A stretch of 64,000 nt of DNA, from positions 186,001 to 250,000 of the forward strand of contig QPMI01000496.1 of the NCBI GenBank assembly GCA_004431415.1, in the 5' to 3' direction. How positions within the stretch are numbered: the stretch's first letter is position 1; the number at the start of each line of letters is the position of its first letter. A model generated the notes under the pieces. The model had not been told where the DNA came from. It searched no databases and saw only the letters and a program-made list of their open reading frames with translations. Positions 63,101 through 64,000 of the stretch are shown piece by piece. Source of the DNA: Cyanophora paradoxa CCMP329. Taxonomy: Eukaryota; Plantae; Glaucophyta. The position numbers were made by a program, and so were the translations under genes.

Positions 63101-64000
63101 ATTCGAATTTCCGCGTCAATTTCCGTGCATGGGCGTGGGGCCGCGCGCGGGCGACGCGGTATTTGGACGCGCCGGCCCGCGCTTGCCGGCCTCCTCGTAG
63201 GAGCGGTAGCCCGACTGCGTGTTCTCGCTGTGGCGGAGGAGGAACTGCCCGTAGCAGAGGCGGACGGCCGCCGAGTGCGGGTGCAGCGCCAGCGCCCGCT
63301 GGTAGATCTGCTCCGCCACCAGCACCGACGGCGGCGATGCGTCGCGGTGCAAGAACTGCGCGGCGAATTCGAACGTCAGAGAGAACCAAAGGGGTCGGAG
63401 GCAGGCAGCGCGGCCTTCTTGCATTCTCTGCGCGAGCGAGCGAGCGCGCGGCGCGGCGCGGCGCACCCGCGTCCCGACCTCCGCGTGCCAGGCGCTGGAG
63501 AGGCCCAGGCCGAAGACGCGGCCCGTGCAGAGCCGCCGCTCGAAGAAGAGGCGGGAGAGGAACCAGCCGCCGGCGAACGAGGCGGCGATCCCGACGACGC
63601 AGGCTGCGATGAAGGCGCCCGGGGAGGCCCCGCCCGCCACGAGCCGCTCTGCGTAGCGGCCCTCGACGAAGACGAGGAGGGAGACCCACGTGTAGGCGGA
63701 GAGCGCGGCGGCCCGCAGCTGGTTCAGCCTCAGCCTGCATGCCCGCCGCCCTCGTCAGCGCCGCGCGCACGCCCGGCTCGAATTCGAATTTCGGTGGAAA
63801 TCAGCGCACTCGTAGTAGGGGAAGTACTTCAGGACGCTGTAGACGCACGCGATCCCGCAGGCGAGGCCGACCAGACCTTCAAATTCCGCCCCGATCCAAA
63901 CATCAGAACAGATCTAGCTATAGAGGCGCCGGCCGATAAAAGGTCGACTAGTTTTGCGTTGCGCACCCGTCCACATCCTGGGGATGGAGGAGATCGACAG
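57150..64000 (-). CDS. TmcB/TmcC (tiny macrocysts)-like multi-pass membrane protein, 5'-truncated by the window, with two frame disruptions
   Basis: TM region; TPR-like AEQIYQRALALHPHSAAVRLCYGQFL...LDVEFQVF...LEFQKDIAGARSHHKAAV...PRILRSYGQFNEEVLNDPAAAQDLY; later TM/cache-like blocks; C-terminal RRTISLLLMIPSDVIESVASIRECL. TAG at 57150-57152. Confidence 0.75.

Overview
Intron-dense, GC-rich eukaryotic (protist/algal) genomic DNA. The six-frame ORF track is mostly noise, so gene models were spliced by hand and exon boundaries are unverified by transcript data. Recognisable genes in order: ribophorin I/OST1 (376-3170 +), DENR/Tma22 (3615-4584 -), cytosolic isoleucyl-tRNA synthetase (5024-13326 -), a BTB/POZ protein (28560-30506 -), a bacterial-type cysteine synthase CysK with a long C-terminal tail (33353-36632 +), a DDX60-like Ski2 helicase (37375-47907 -), a GAF-domain class III adenylyl cyclase (51366-55726 +) and a TmcB/TmcC-like membrane protein with two frame disruptions (57150 to beyond 64000 -). 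The accessory block at ~14-32 kb is the most unusual part. It holds two leaderless Cys-rich orphan genes that share a C-terminal [FY]xLDSExxAV motif, a hAT-type MITE with an 8-bp TSD, and a CACTG-ended element. It also holds a 4-kb CAC...GTG transposon (45-bp TIRs, 4-bp TSD) carrying two convergent spliced orphan genes but no recognisable transposase; one of these is interrupted by a poly(A) retroposon with a 15-bp TSD. GC-AG introns with weak donors are common throughout. The overall style is reminiscent of the glaucophyte Cyanophora, but that is only an inference.
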